Part shown: piece after piece, positions 40,619 to 50,732 of the stretch
Position numbering within the stretch: the first letter of the stretch is position 1
How the letters are laid out: every line of letters starts with the position of its first letter
NCBI GenBank assembly: GCA_965116325.1
Contig: OZ220675.1
Location: 316,235-380,234, forward strand
Source: Dehalococcoidia bacterium
Lineage (GTDB): Bacteria; Chloroflexota; Dehalococcoidia; Lucifugimonadales; JAGWBF01
Direction of reading: 5' to 3'
DNA length: 64,000 nucleotides
The notes under the pieces: model-generated
Told to the model about the DNA's origin: nothing
The model's database searches: none
Seen by the model: the letters and a program-made list of their open reading frames with translations, nothing else
Made by a program: the position numbers and the translations under genes

Positions 40619-41377
40619 ATGCCCTATTACACCAGGGGAGATGTGACTATCCACTACGAGGAGGTTGGTTCGGGTTTCCCCCTATTAGTTACCCCCGGTG
40701 GTGGCCTAAACTCCGCTGTGGCCCTGTGGCCAAGACAGGTGTTCAACGCCATGGAGGTTTTCAAGGACGACTTTCGCTGCATCACCATGGACCAGCGCAA
40801 CGCCAACGGCGGCGAGTCCACAGGGCCCGTCCAGGTAGACGATCCCTGGGGAGCATTCGCCGACGACCAGCTTGGCCTGATGGACCACCTGGGCATACGC
40901 GAGTTCTTCTTCATGGGCTACTGTATCGGCGGACCCTTCGCCCTGAAGCTCATAGAGCGAGCGCCTGAACGCATACCGGCCGCCGTTCTCTGTCAGCCCG
41001 TCGGACATTCAAACAAAACGCCCGACGCCATGTATAACATGGGAATTGAGGTATGGGCGCCCGACCTCCTGGCGCGACGCCCGGATGTGTCGATGGCGAT
41101 GGTGGAGCAGTACCTGCACAACCTGTACCGTATCCAGCCGGACTTCATGTACAGCGTGTCCCGGGACTTCGCCCGCTCATGCCAGACGCCTTTGCTGGTG
41201 ATGCCCGACGATACCCCGGCCCACTCCTACGAAGCCGCCGTGGACCTGGTGGCCCTGGCCCCCAAGGCCGAGGTTACCGAGTACCCATGGAAGGAGTCGC
41301 CGGACATCTTCGAGAAGACCATCACCCAGGTGAGGGACTTCCTCCTGTCACATCAACCCGCGGGAGCAACCCGCTAG
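40619..41377 (+). CDS. Alpha/beta hydrolase with Cys at the nucleophile elbow
   Basis: PGGGLNS, MDQRNA, GYCIGG. Confidence 0.8.
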   Translation: MPYYTRGDVTIHYEEVGSGFPLLVTPGGGLNSAVALWPRQVFNAMEVFKDDFRCITMDQRNANGGESTGPVQVDDPWGAFADDQLGLMDHLGIREFFFMGYCIGGPFALKLIERAPERIPAAVLCQPVGHSNKTPDAMYNMGIEVWAPDLLARRPDVSMAMVEQYLHNLYRIQPDFMYSVSRDFARSCQTPLLVMPDDTPAHSYEAAVDLVALAPKAEVTEYPWKESPDIFEKTITQVRDFLLSHQPAGATR

Positions 41378-41496
41378 CAGGGTACCCTGGCCTCAATCTA
41401 ACCTGATATGGGGTGTACTCCTTGCTGACGTCAAGGGGTAATGGGAGGTTTAGCGAATCGCTATGCAGGTCAAACTGATGATTGAATAGCAGCTAT

Positions 41497-42885
41497 ATGG
41501 CTAGCAGAAGAAAAGACACCGACTTGAAGAAAATAGCGATTGTCGGTGGTGGAATCTCCGGCCTGGGGGTCGCATGGGCATTGAGCAACCACCCGGACCG
41601 GTTCGACTTCCGACTATTCGAGGCCCAGTCCCAAGTCGGAGGAAACGCGTTCACAGCCGATATGCCCCAGGATGACGGCACTTCCATCCCCTTCGATATT
41701 TCTGTCACGGCATGTATTCCCTCGGTGTATCACCACATCCTGCTCCTGATGCAGGGGTTCGGCATCCCCCTGCTAGACACCAGGTTCAGCTACAGCGTGA
41801 AGTACCAAGGGCAAATCTACGCCCATGATCTCGACTCCGAGATCAGGCAGCAACTCGCGCCCGAGATCGCCAAGTTTCAGCGACTTCTAAGGCGAATGCA
41901 TCAGTTTGGAAGATTGAGCCGGGCTCAGTCAAGATTATTGAATGCCCTGAATCCCTTCAACTATGTCAGCATGGGAACCGTGCTAAATCTGCAAGGTTTT
42001 TCTGCGGACTTTAAGTACAAGATACTTAAGCCCATGTTTGTCAATTTCCTTATGGCGACTAACGTCTTCGACATGCCCGCCTCGCTCTTCAGCAGGTATC
42101 TGGAGTTCTTTGACATAGAATCCGCCACAACCATGCACACCTGGGATCAAGGGACACGCCGCATCTACGACAACCTGTCGGCAGGTTTCCAGGAGAAGAT
42201 TTACCTGGACCGACCTGTCAGGAAGGTGTACCGGCACAAGTCCGGTATCGTTGTTGAAGACCATAGAGGCGTCCAGGAGTCCTTCGACCGATTGGTCTTC
42301 GCCTGCAACGCCAACCAGACGCTCATGCTCCTGGACAGGCCCTCGATGATGGAGCGGTTCATCCTCTCATCGATCCGATACGAAAGCGAGCTGCATAACC
42401 ACGCCATCATCCATTCAGACTCGTCGGTCCTCCCCGACAATGAAGCGAAGCCTCTGACCACGCGAAGCAACCACATAGAGCAGTACGGAAGCAGGCCGGA
42501 CAACTACGAGATCACCTACATCATGCACAACCAGCAGCCGTGGGCGCACCGCTCCGACAAGCCCTGCCCAGTCACATACAACCCCATCAGCCAGATTGAT
42601 TCTCAAAAGGTCATAGAGAGGCGCTGGTTCCAGCACATCGTGCATGATGTGCGCCACGTTGCCCTGCTGATACATCTGTTTCGCTTCATCCAGGGGAGGA
42701 GGCGGACTTGGCACTGCGGGGCCCATACCTTGGTCAATAGCCAGGAGACCTGCTTCGTCAGCGGGCTGGCCACTGCGCGCCAGCTTGGGGCCGATTATCC
42801 CTTTCACGACCCCCAAGCTAGGAGAATGTTCAACTACTACGGGGGCATCATGTACGGCTGGCGATTCAAGAAGGCCAAGAAGTGA
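41497..42885 (+). CDS. FAD-dependent oxidoreductase (COG2907-like)
   Basis: GGGISGL, FEA..VGG, HSDSSVLP, TWHCGA. Confidence 0.8.
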   Translation: MASRRKDTDLKKIAIVGGGISGLGVAWALSNHPDRFDFRLFEAQSQVGGNAFTADMPQDDGTSIPFDISVTACIPSVYHHILLLMQGFGIPLLDTRFSYSVKYQGQIYAHDLDSEIRQQLAPEIAKFQRLLRRMHQFGRLSRAQSRLLNALNPFNYVSMGTVLNLQGFSADFKYKILKPMFVNFLMATNVFDMPASLFSRYLEFFDIESATTMHTWDQGTRRIYDNLSAGFQEKIYLDRPVRKVYRHKSGIVVEDHRGVQESFDRLVFACNANQTLMLLDRPSMMERFILSSIRYESELHNHAIIHSDSSVLPDNEAKPLTTRSNHIEQYGSRPDNYEITYIMHNQQPWAHRSDKPCPVTYNPISQIDSQKVIERRWFQHIVHDVRHVALLIHLFRFIQGRRRTWHCGAHTLVNSQETCFVSGLATARQLGADYPFHDPQARRMFNYYGGIMYGWRFKKAKK

Positions 42886-42899
42886 TGGCCGACGCTGTC

Positions 42900-44057
42900 C
42901 TATTGGGCCTCAAAGGTCACGGTCGTGTCCGAGTTCACGCGGACCATATACTCCTGGCCCGGCTGGAAGTCCGACCCCAGCGGGATATTGGTCTCCACGA
43001 TGGGGAAATCGGCCGTGCAGGGGACTAGCGGGTCAGCGACCTCATGGTGTGTCACCACAACCTCGATTTCGTTGGCCATCTTCCGCTCGATATCATAGCC
43101 ATTAGCCTGGGAACATGCGCTTCCCCTCGGCAGACCGGAGACGACGTTCAGCTGGTACCGGGGCGGATCAATCTCCAGCACTCCGATCTCCGCCCTTTCG
43201 ATAGGCGACTCGGCAATGAAGGTGTGGCCAAGGGCCGGTCTCGGCAGGCTGAAAGTGCTGGTCAGCACATCGTTCACCATTACCTGATAAGTCTGGCCTG
43301 GCTCGAGGGGCTCATCTATGGGCTCCACGGCGTCCAGCTCCACCAATGAAGCATCGCAGTCGATTGCCCATGCCGTCGCGGGAGGCTGCATGAGCGTTAA
43401 CGTAGCGATTATCCGAGTTTCCTCCACCTTGAGGGCTTGGCTGCCACGCCGAGCACAGCCTTCAATCGTGGACTGAAAGAAGTCGATGCGGAGGAAATGG
43501 TCCCGCTCGTTGGGGATGAGGTTGGCCCGGATCACACGAGCAGGGACTTCAATCCACTGCCTCCAGTCCGTGCCATCCTGGATCTGGTCGGGTGGGGGCT
43601 CCACCAGAACCAGCAGCATGTCCACCCTTGTGGGGTTGCCGCCGGTGATCACATCGTAGGCGGTGTCGTTGGTGAATGCGAGGCTTCCATCAGACTCGAT
43701 GATGCTGGCACTAATCCCGTAAACGTTGCGGTCATCGATGTCCTCCCGGTTGTATTCCAGCCTGAAGCTGATGGGAACCTGTCCGGGACTGGAGATGGTC
43801 TGCCGGGCGATAAGAGGGGCGTCGGCATCGGCGTAGGACACATCCCGGAGCTCAACCACCAATTTTGCTTCCGGGGAGAGAGCTAGTCTCTCCCGATAGG
43901 TGACGGTGCCGCTCACCGATGCGTCAGGACTTTGGCCTGACGTTACCTCCTGGGTAGAATTGACCGGCTTCAGACCGTTTCCGCAAGCGGCCAGCGCCAG
44001 CAGGAGCACCGATGCGCCAATCGCTGCTAAGAAAACTTTCTCTATTCTGTACTTCAT
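42900..44057 (-). CDS. YbaY-family lipoprotein with two C-terminal repeat domains
   Basis: Lipobox LAAC; SGTVTYRERLAL, DVSYADA, GQVPISF. Confidence 0.8.
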   Translation of the reverse strand: MKYRIEKVFLAAIGASVLLLALAACGNGLKPVNSTQEVTSGQSPDASVSGTVTYRERLALSPEAKLVVELRDVSYADADAPLIARQTISSPGQVPISFRLEYNREDIDDRNVYGISASIIESDGSLAFTNDTAYDVITGGNPTRVDMLLVLVEPPPDQIQDGTDWRQWIEVPARVIRANLIPNERDHFLRIDFFQSTIEGCARRGSQALKVEETRIIATLTLMQPPATAWAIDCDASLVELDAVEPIDEPLEPGQTYQVMVNDVLTSTFSLPRPALGHTFIAESPIERAEIGVLEIDPPRYQLNVVSGLPRGSACSQANGYDIERKMANEIEVVVTHHEVADPLVPCTADFPIVETNIPLGSDFQPGQEYMVRVNSDTTVTFEAQ

Positions 44058-44222
44058 TTGGCCACCTCCGCGATAGTCCAAACCTGGGGCAATTACCCTA
44101 TAGACGAACCTGGGGCCAAATTGGTTCCGATCCGGTCATTCGCAGAGGGTTGAATTCCTATTCCAGACAGGTAAGCGGGCGGGGAAAGATGCAATTGGAA
44201 ATGCCTTTAGCGGACCTTCCCT

Positions 44223-44915
44223 TTAGGCTTGAGAACAGGTCGGCGGACACGTACGCAAGCCGTAGAAACACAGGCGGCAGAGGCACACGTGGAGCAAATT
44301 CTCTTCCCCCTCTTCTTCGTGACCTAAAAGGTTCTCAAAGCCTTCCTTGACGAAGAAGGGCACCAACAGAAGGACAGAGACGGGATCAGCCCACCACCAT
44401 GCGAACAATGCGTTCAGCCCCAAGCCCACCAGAATGGTCAGGTCCTGCAGGTCGCAGAAGAGGCTCTCCAGAGCCTCGGCTCTCAGCGACCTGGACTGCA
44501 TCCGAGTGGCGATGCGCATCTTGGCGACATAGAGCACAGCCATCACCAAAGCGCTCGAGGCCACAATGGCCACACCTATGAGGCTAGGTTCAGCCTCGGG
44601 CAGCCATCCCAGCAGGTTGGACCCGGCATGCAGGACGACGTAAGCGGCCAGCAAGAAGAAGCTTATCCCCACCAACCTCTGGGCCCGTCGTTCGGCGGCC
44701 TCAGACTCAGCCTCGTCTTGACCTAGCCTCAAGCGCCATACGAGGACGCCCCCGGCGAAGAGCTCGACGATGCTGTCCAGTCCAAAGGCCAGCATGGCCA
44801 CGCTGCCGGCTTCCGCCCCAGCCCATAGGGAAACTCCGGCCTCGACCATGTTCCAGAACAGACCGATAAGCACCAATACCAGGGCCGCTCTGCGAAGAGC
44901 ATTCAAGTCAGGCAA
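44223..44915 (-). CDS. Cation diffusion facilitator-type transporter (short form)
   Basis: WNMVEA, AFGLDS, WWWADP; Cys/His-rich tail. Confidence 0.85.
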   Translation of the reverse strand: MPDLNALRRAALVLVLIGLFWNMVEAGVSLWAGAEAGSVAMLAFGLDSIVELFAGGVLVWRLRLGQDEAESEAAERRAQRLVGISFFLLAAYVVLHAGSNLLGWLPEAEPSLIGVAIVASSALVMAVLYVAKMRIATRMQSRSLRAEALESLFCDLQDLTILVGLGLNALFAWWWADPVSVLLLVPFFVKEGFENLLGHEEEGEENLLHVCLCRLCFYGLRTCPPTCSQA

Positions 44916-45118
44916 CAGGAGTTGGGTCTCCTTCTACCATCATATGACCTGGAAACGTAGATCATCAGGATTACGGGGGCGGCACCTCGTTTGCACTGCT
45001 GTTTCAATCGGCAAATCTGCTCGTAGCCACCCTGAAGCACTGCCTACATTTTACTATAGCCAAGCTATGAGCCTAGGTGGAAACCTTGTCTGAAACAGGT
45101 TTGTCTTGAGACTAGCGG

Positions 45119-47065
45119 TCAGGCATGGCATGCGCCGTTGTGGTGCGCGCTGGGAGGGACGTCCAGGACCGGGTTGGTGTCGAAGAAGCCCACGGGCTTC
45201 AAGCTGAACCCGCAGTAGGCTACAGGCGCGATGGGCCAGTCCTCGGGCCGGGGCACATGATGGTAGCCCAGGGTGTACCAAAGGACAACGTCGGTGTTCT
45301 CGACGCTGCGGTCTCCCTTCGTGTACTTGGGCAGACCATCCCCGCCAGGATGCTGATTTGGGTACGGACCCGTGGCTGACACCTCATCGGGGGCATATGG
45401 AGTCACCCAAAGGTGCTTGGTCATGAACCCGGCTCTTTGCATGATGCTTGCGCTGAGGTCGGCGAAGGGCAGGATGTTCTCTCCCGGCATCAGCTTGTAA
45501 CCAACAGGAGAACCTAGAGCGTTGACCACCGAGGGGTTGGACACCTTCCAGTAGCGTCCCTTCAGAGGATCAATGATTCTCTGGGCTTCCTGCTCGGTCT
45601 TCAGGGGTGTGGATTCGACATAGAAGGCGTTGCCGTGGGGATTGTTTGGTCCCGGAGCTTCCGCCACCGTATTCACCTCGTGGACGGAGTTGGCCTCGCC
45701 ATCCACGCTCATATCCAGGCGGAAGTTGAAGAAGTGCTGGTGAACGTGGGCATTTAGCTGGGGCGCCACGAGGGTGCCGTAACGGGGTGTTTCACCTTCA
45801 GGTATTCCGGCGGTATTGATGATGCCCGTTAGCTTGATCTCAAGCTGGATGGTGCCGTCCTGGTAGAAGTACCAGAAAAAGCCGTACTCGTAGTTCCCCA
45901 CGGTCGCTATGCTGGAGACGACCAAACGGCGGGAGCGCCTTACTTCTGCCCTACCAGTGCGCCAGTCGGTGTGCTTCCAGAGAATGCCGTAGTCCTCCTC
46001 ATGTATGCAGACGGCATTTGGTATGGAAAAGGCCTGTCCTCGGGCATCGTTCAGGGTAGCGTCGAAGTAGTGGATCTCCCCCAGGCAATCGCAGCCCAGG
46101 GTCAGGGAGTTGGTCAAAGAGCCGATGCCATACTCCCCGGCATCGAAGGCGTTCTTGCGATAGTGGTCTTTGCTGGGGTCGCCGTAGGGCACCACCATGT
46201 CGGACAAGGCCGCCCTGTACAGTATGGGACGTATCCTACCCTGGTCTTCATAGCCAACGGTGTAGATGACCAGTCCCTCCCGGGGAGTGAAACCGACACG
46301 CAGGTGCCACTTCTGCCATTTGACACTATTGCCGTCCACCGTGAAGCTGGGTCCCTCCGGCTGGGTGATGTCCAGGGGTTTCAAGTCCTCTCGGAAGTGT
46401 CCTACGAATTCGCTCGCATAGTTTCCCGCCGTGGGCGCCAACGGGACAACGCCATAGTCATCGATGCGCATGACCTCCATACGATTGAGGTCGACCAGGA
46501 CACCTAGGCCCTCGATGGGCCGAGCGTAGCCGTTGTCGGTCGGGCTGGAGCGGAGAAAACACCGGGCCAGCGCCAGGCGCTTCCCTTCCTCTTCCGGGAA
46601 CCCGTAGTGGCCCGCCGACCAGGGATCGACCATGACCAGGTCCGGGTTGGTGATGCCTCGCTTCAGGAGGGCAGCCTGAAATCCCGGGTCTGCCTTGACA
46701 GCAGCTTCGCACTCGGAAAACTCGTCGAACATTATTCGGGGCTGGACGCCGGGAATTCGCTCCCAGGAAGTGACTTGTCCTTCGTTTAAGGAGACGACAG
46801 CTTCGTAGGTGGCCCCATCCTCGTTGTCCAGGATTACCACGAAGGCTTCTCTACCGATGGGGTCGCCTGGCCGAAAATCGAGGACATCCTTCTTGTCGGG
46901 TTCCTTGAGGACGATGGTCTCGAATCGGACCCGCGGTCCCAACTGGCGTTGAGATTTCAGAATGGCAGAGGCCTGGACGATCTCTTCTGCACTGAGGGGG
47001 TCCAAGGGGTGGGAAACAGAAGTCTGGATTGCTGTGCCGGGTGTCGTCTCTGCGGGGATGGTCAT
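45119..47065 (-). CDS. Copper-containing primary amine oxidase (TPQ)
   Basis: HPLDPL, TVGNYEY TPQ consensus, HVHQH and HHVPR Cu ligands. Confidence 0.95.
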   Translation of the reverse strand: MTIPAETTPGTAIQTSVSHPLDPLSAEEIVQASAILKSQRQLGPRVRFETIVLKEPDKKDVLDFRPGDPIGREAFVVILDNEDGATYEAVVSLNEGQVTSWERIPGVQPRIMFDEFSECEAAVKADPGFQAALLKRGITNPDLVMVDPWSAGHYGFPEEEGKRLALARCFLRSSPTDNGYARPIEGLGVLVDLNRMEVMRIDDYGVVPLAPTAGNYASEFVGHFREDLKPLDITQPEGPSFTVDGNSVKWQKWHLRVGFTPREGLVIYTVGYEDQGRIRPILYRAALSDMVVPYGDPSKDHYRKNAFDAGEYGIGSLTNSLTLGCDCLGEIHYFDATLNDARGQAFSIPNAVCIHEEDYGILWKHTDWRTGRAEVRRSRRLVVSSIATVGNYEYGFFWYFYQDGTIQLEIKLTGIINTAGIPEGETPRYGTLVAPQLNAHVHQHFFNFRLDMSVDGEANSVHEVNTVAEAPGPNNPHGNAFYVESTPLKTEQEAQRIIDPLKGRYWKVSNPSVVNALGSPVGYKLMPGENILPFADLSASIMQRAGFMTKHLWVTPYAPDEVSATGPYPNQHPGGDGLPKYTKGDRSVENTDVVLWYTLGYHHVPRPEDWPIAPVAYCGFSLKPVGFFDTNPVLDVPPSAHHNGACHA

Positions 47066-47192
47066 GCTTGCCTCCTAAAGACGCTGTCAGCGCCGGATTT
47101 GGAGCAGCGGGGTGCTGTCTTCGACGTTAGCACCGGCCACATTCGAGGTCAAGGGAGGGCAGCCTGGACCCACGCCATTACCCTGCAGCCGC

Positions 47193-48599
47193 CTAGACTG
47201 GAGGCCGCCTACCCTCGGGGGAGTGCAGGCCCTCCAGGGCGTAGCCCACTCTAAGCACCGTGGCCTCGTCGAAGTGTCTCCCCACAATCTGGACTCCTAT
47301 GGGAAGCCCTTCGTCGCTCCAACCGAAGGGTACCGACATGGCTGGGGAGCCGGTCAGGTCGAAGGGGACGGTACAACCCAGGGCCTTGCGTCCTGGCACC
47401 CTCTGCCCGTTTATTTCCAACTCCACCGAGTCGTGGTGGTGGGCCGGAACCGGCCCTACAGGGCACAGAAGCACATCGTAGTCCGCGAAGAAGCGCTGCA
47501 GGTCCTGGCGCAGGAGCTCGCAGTTGGTCACCGCTTCCAGGTACTCGTCGAAGGTCGGCGCCGGTAGGGCCAGTCGGCGCTTCATGGCCGGAGCCAACTC
47601 GTCCTCCCGCCCACTGTAAATCGGGCGCAGATACTGGGTCCCCTCGGCGCTGAACAAAGCCCCTGAGATAGCCAGTCCGGACAACTCGTCCCAGGCAGGG
47701 AAAGATACCGGCTCCACCGAGCAGCCCAGCTCGGCCAAAGCCGTCGCCGATTTGGCAACGACCCTCTGTACTTCCGGCTCCACGGGCGCGAAAGGCCCTT
47801 CGTCGAACCAGGCGATGCGCAGTGCCTTAACACCTTCTTCTGCATCTGGCAGCGTCTGCAGCGGGATAGGTACCGCATAAGGATCAACCCCATCTGGGCC
47901 GGCCATCAGGGATAGCCCCAGGGCTACGTCGCGGACGCTCCTTGCCATCGGGCCGACGTGCATAAAGCGGAGCAGTACCTCGGGCCAGTGGCCGGTAAGG
48001 GGGATGCGTCCGTGGGTCGCCTTCAGGCCGACTATCCCGCAGTAGTTGGCTGGCTCCCGTATGGAGCCTCCCACATCGCTGCCGATGCCCAGGGGCGACA
48101 AGCCGGAGGCGATAGCCGCAGCTTCGCCACCGCTGGAACCGCCCGGTGTCCGGCCAGCCATCCAGGGGTTCTCGCTCCGCCCATACACCAGGTTGTCCGT
48201 CTCCCACCACAGCGCGAACTCGGGCATGTTGGTCTTTGCAATGAAGATACCGCCCGCGTCCTTGAGGCGCTTCACAACACTGGCGTCGGCATCGGGGACG
48301 TGATCGGCGAAGAATTTGGACCCCCTGGTCGTCGTTACTCCTTCGGTATCCACGCAGTCCTTGACGGTGAAGGGTACGCCATGGAGGGGTCCCCAGATCT
48401 CTCCTTTGGAGACCGCCTCCTCAGCTTGCCGGGCACGTTCCAGCGCTCCCGGAACCATCTGCACGATGGCGTTTATCTTCGGGTTGATGGCCTCGATGCG
48501 GTCCAGGTGGGCTTGTACCACCTCCACCGGGGATAAGCGCCCGGCTCGAATCTTCTCGGCAAGTTCGACGGCATCGGCGTAACAAATCTGTTCGTTCAT
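47193..48599 (-). CDS. Amidase signature family protein
   Basis: GVPFTVKD, GGSSGG, GSDVGGSIR. Confidence 0.93.
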   Translation of the reverse strand: MNEQICYADAVELAEKIRAGRLSPVEVVQAHLDRIEAINPKINAIVQMVPGALERARQAEEAVSKGEIWGPLHGVPFTVKDCVDTEGVTTTRGSKFFADHVPDADASVVKRLKDAGGIFIAKTNMPEFALWWETDNLVYGRSENPWMAGRTPGGSSGGEAAAIASGLSPLGIGSDVGGSIREPANYCGIVGLKATHGRIPLTGHWPEVLLRFMHVGPMARSVRDVALGLSLMAGPDGVDPYAVPIPLQTLPDAEEGVKALRIAWFDEGPFAPVEPEVQRVVAKSATALAELGCSVEPVSFPAWDELSGLAISGALFSAEGTQYLRPIYSGREDELAPAMKRRLALPAPTFDEYLEAVTNCELLRQDLQRFFADYDVLLCPVGPVPAHHHDSVELEINGQRVPGRKALGCTVPFDLTGSPAMSVPFGWSDEGLPIGVQIVGRHFDEATVLRVGYALEGLHSPEGRRPPV

Positions 48600-48736
48600 A
48601 GCATCTCCTAAACAGGCAGAGGGAACCATGGCGCCCATTCTAGTGAATCAGTCCCGATTTGACCACGCCAGCATCTTTCCGGGTCATTGCGTCCAGCAAC
48701 TCGAGAATGCACCTATGGTATAGTTCCCGGCAAGCT

Positions 48737-49909
48737 ATGCATATCCCCGTACTGGTACACCTAGTTCCTCCCCTGTTGCTGTTCATATTGCTGGTTGTCG
48801 GCGCGTCGGCGTGCTCCAGCGACGACGCCCAGCCAACAGAAACACCCACTCTCACAGCCACCGCACCTACTCCGACTCGCACCCCATCTCCGGCAATACC
48901 AACTGCTACCGTCCAACCATCTTCTGATCCAGGCACGGAAGCGATGGTGCAGCTGCCCGATGACGAGGGCGCCCACTCAAACGACCTGGAGTGGTGGTAC
49001 TTCAACGGTCACCTGGCGAGCGAAGACGGACAGGAATTCAGCTATCACTACGTGACCTTCCAGTCTGTGGTACCGCCCGGAATCACCACGCGGTTGGCCC
49101 AACTGAGCTTGGCTGACCACGCCAAAGGAGCGCATCTGACCTATGAAGAGGCAGCCCTGCCCATCGTACAGCCCCGGTCGAGAGAGTTCGATGTGCCGGT
49201 GGGCGATCTGGCCATGAGCGGAAACGGCGAGATGTACCACCTCAAGTTCGGTACCGGCGACTATAGCGTCGAGCTGGAGGCCGTATCTCAGAGGCCGGCG
49301 GTGCTCCATCACGGCACCGGGCTGGTGGACTTGGACATCGCCGGGAAGACCTACTACTACTCCAGGACCAGGCTAGAGACCTCGGGCAGGGTTTCGGTTG
49401 CCGGAGTACCCGTAGCCGTCACTGGCTTATCCTGGATGGACCACCAGTGGGGCGACTTCACCACCCAGAACATCGGTTGGGACTGGCTGAGTCTCAACCT
49501 GGACGATGGCTCAGACCTGACGGTGTCGGTGGTTTGGGACCGTGAGGGTCGTGAGCCCATCAGCAGCTATGGGACCTACGTTCCGGCCGACTCTCCGGCG
49601 ATTCATCTGCCCGGCGACGATATCTCTCTTAGTCCCACCGGCACCTGGACCAGTCCCGACAACGGAGCGGTGTACCCAATGAACTGGACCCTGAAGGTCG
49701 AGTCTTTGGGCTTGGAACTTACATTGACGCCTTCCTCGGAGGAGGCTGAATTTACCCTCACCGGCTTCGTCCCCATCATCTATTGGGAAGGCTCAGTTCG
49801 AGCAAAGGGGGCAAGGAACGATGCCCCGGTAGAGGGTCAGGGTTTCGTGGAAATGGTGGGTTACGCCCCCCTTGTGGAAGTCACGCCTGCACCATTGCCA
49901 CAACCCTGA
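48737..49909 (+). CDS. AttH/CrtC-like (lipocalin-like) lipoprotein
   Basis: Lipobox ASAC, PT linker, EWWYF, YYYS, WMDHQW, GWDW, YWEG. Confidence 0.85.
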   Translation: MHIPVLVHLVPPLLLFILLVVGASACSSDDAQPTETPTLTATAPTPTRTPSPAIPTATVQPSSDPGTEAMVQLPDDEGAHSNDLEWWYFNGHLASEDGQEFSYHYVTFQSVVPPGITTRLAQLSLADHAKGAHLTYEEAALPIVQPRSREFDVPVGDLAMSGNGEMYHLKFGTGDYSVELEAVSQRPAVLHHGTGLVDLDIAGKTYYYSRTRLETSGRVSVAGVPVAVTGLSWMDHQWGDFTTQNIGWDWLSLNLDDGSDLTVSVVWDREGREPISSYGTYVPADSPAIHLPGDDISLSPTGTWTSPDNGAVYPMNWTLKVESLGLELTLTPSSEEAEFTLTGFVPIIYWEGSVRAKGARNDAPVEGQGFVEMVGYAPLVEVTPAPLPQP

Positions 49910-50088
49910 CGGCCGGGACTGTCCATGGTACGAATGGCAGCAGCACGCAGTCCAGATTGACCACTACCCCAACCACAAATCACCATCTACAAAAGATTTG
50001 ATACATCTCGATTGAATCGCGACCAGTGTGCAAACCGGAGTTAATGCTCCTTTAGAGACTATGAAGACTGACTTTGTCTCAGTTGATG

Positions 50089-50097
50089 TGCTATACT
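50089..50097 (+). promoter_or_regulatory. Extended -10 promoter element (TGcTATACT)
   Basis: TGnTATACT ~160 nt upstream of the zinc-ribbon gene. Confidence 0.45.
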
Positions 50098-50255
50098 CTT
50101 GGTCGTGACAGTAACCCGAGTTCCTTCGGTCGCTCCTTGGTCCCCTAGTTCATCCTTCGGTACCTCGTCAGTCTCCATCGGACCTCCTGGGCCCCATCCG
50201 GCTTCTGACAAGACGCCCGGTCCCCCTGTCAACTATCCAAGGAAAGGAGATCCAG

Positions 50256-50582
50256 ATGGCGTACCAAGACAGGACCCTATCCTGCGTGGAGTGCGGCCAG
50301 TCATTCACCTTCAGTGCCGATGACCAGGCCTACCATGCCGAAAAGGGCTACTCCAATGACCCTAAGCGATGTCCCGCCTGTCGTCAGGCGAGACGCGCCC
50401 AGAACAACGGCGGCGACTTCGGTGGCGGATTTAACCGACGCTCGCAAGACATGTACCCAGTGGTATGTGCCGAATGTGGCAAGGACACCACAGTGCCCTT
50501 CCAGCCAAGAGGCGACCGCCCAGTGTACTGCAGCGACTGCTTCAGGCAGCAGGGCAGGCAAGTTAGCACATCCAGATACTAG
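50256..50582 (+). CDS. Zinc-ribbon / CxxC-x17-CxxC domain protein
   Basis: CVEC...CPAC and CAEC-x17-CSDC; AAGGAG RBS. Confidence 0.92.
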   Translation: MAYQDRTLSCVECGQSFTFSADDQAYHAEKGYSNDPKRCPACRQARRAQNNGGDFGGGFNRRSQDMYPVVCAECGKDTTVPFQPRGDRPVYCSDCFRQQGRQVSTSRY

Positions 50583-50589
50583 AACCCTA

Positions 50590-50630
50590 CATACGGAGGG
50601 GATGGCAGCAGTGCTCATCCCCTCCGTATG
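50590..50630. terminator. Perfect 15-bp hairpin between convergent genes
   Basis: catacggaggggatg / catcccctccgtatg. Confidence 0.7.
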
Positions 50631-50732
50631 CTATCTACATCAACCCCTAGGCCATCGGGAACCAACCTTGGCCCCGTGCAACCCCGCCTGACCAGAGAAT
50701 CACCGGTCCGGCTTGGAACATGGGCAGGAGCT

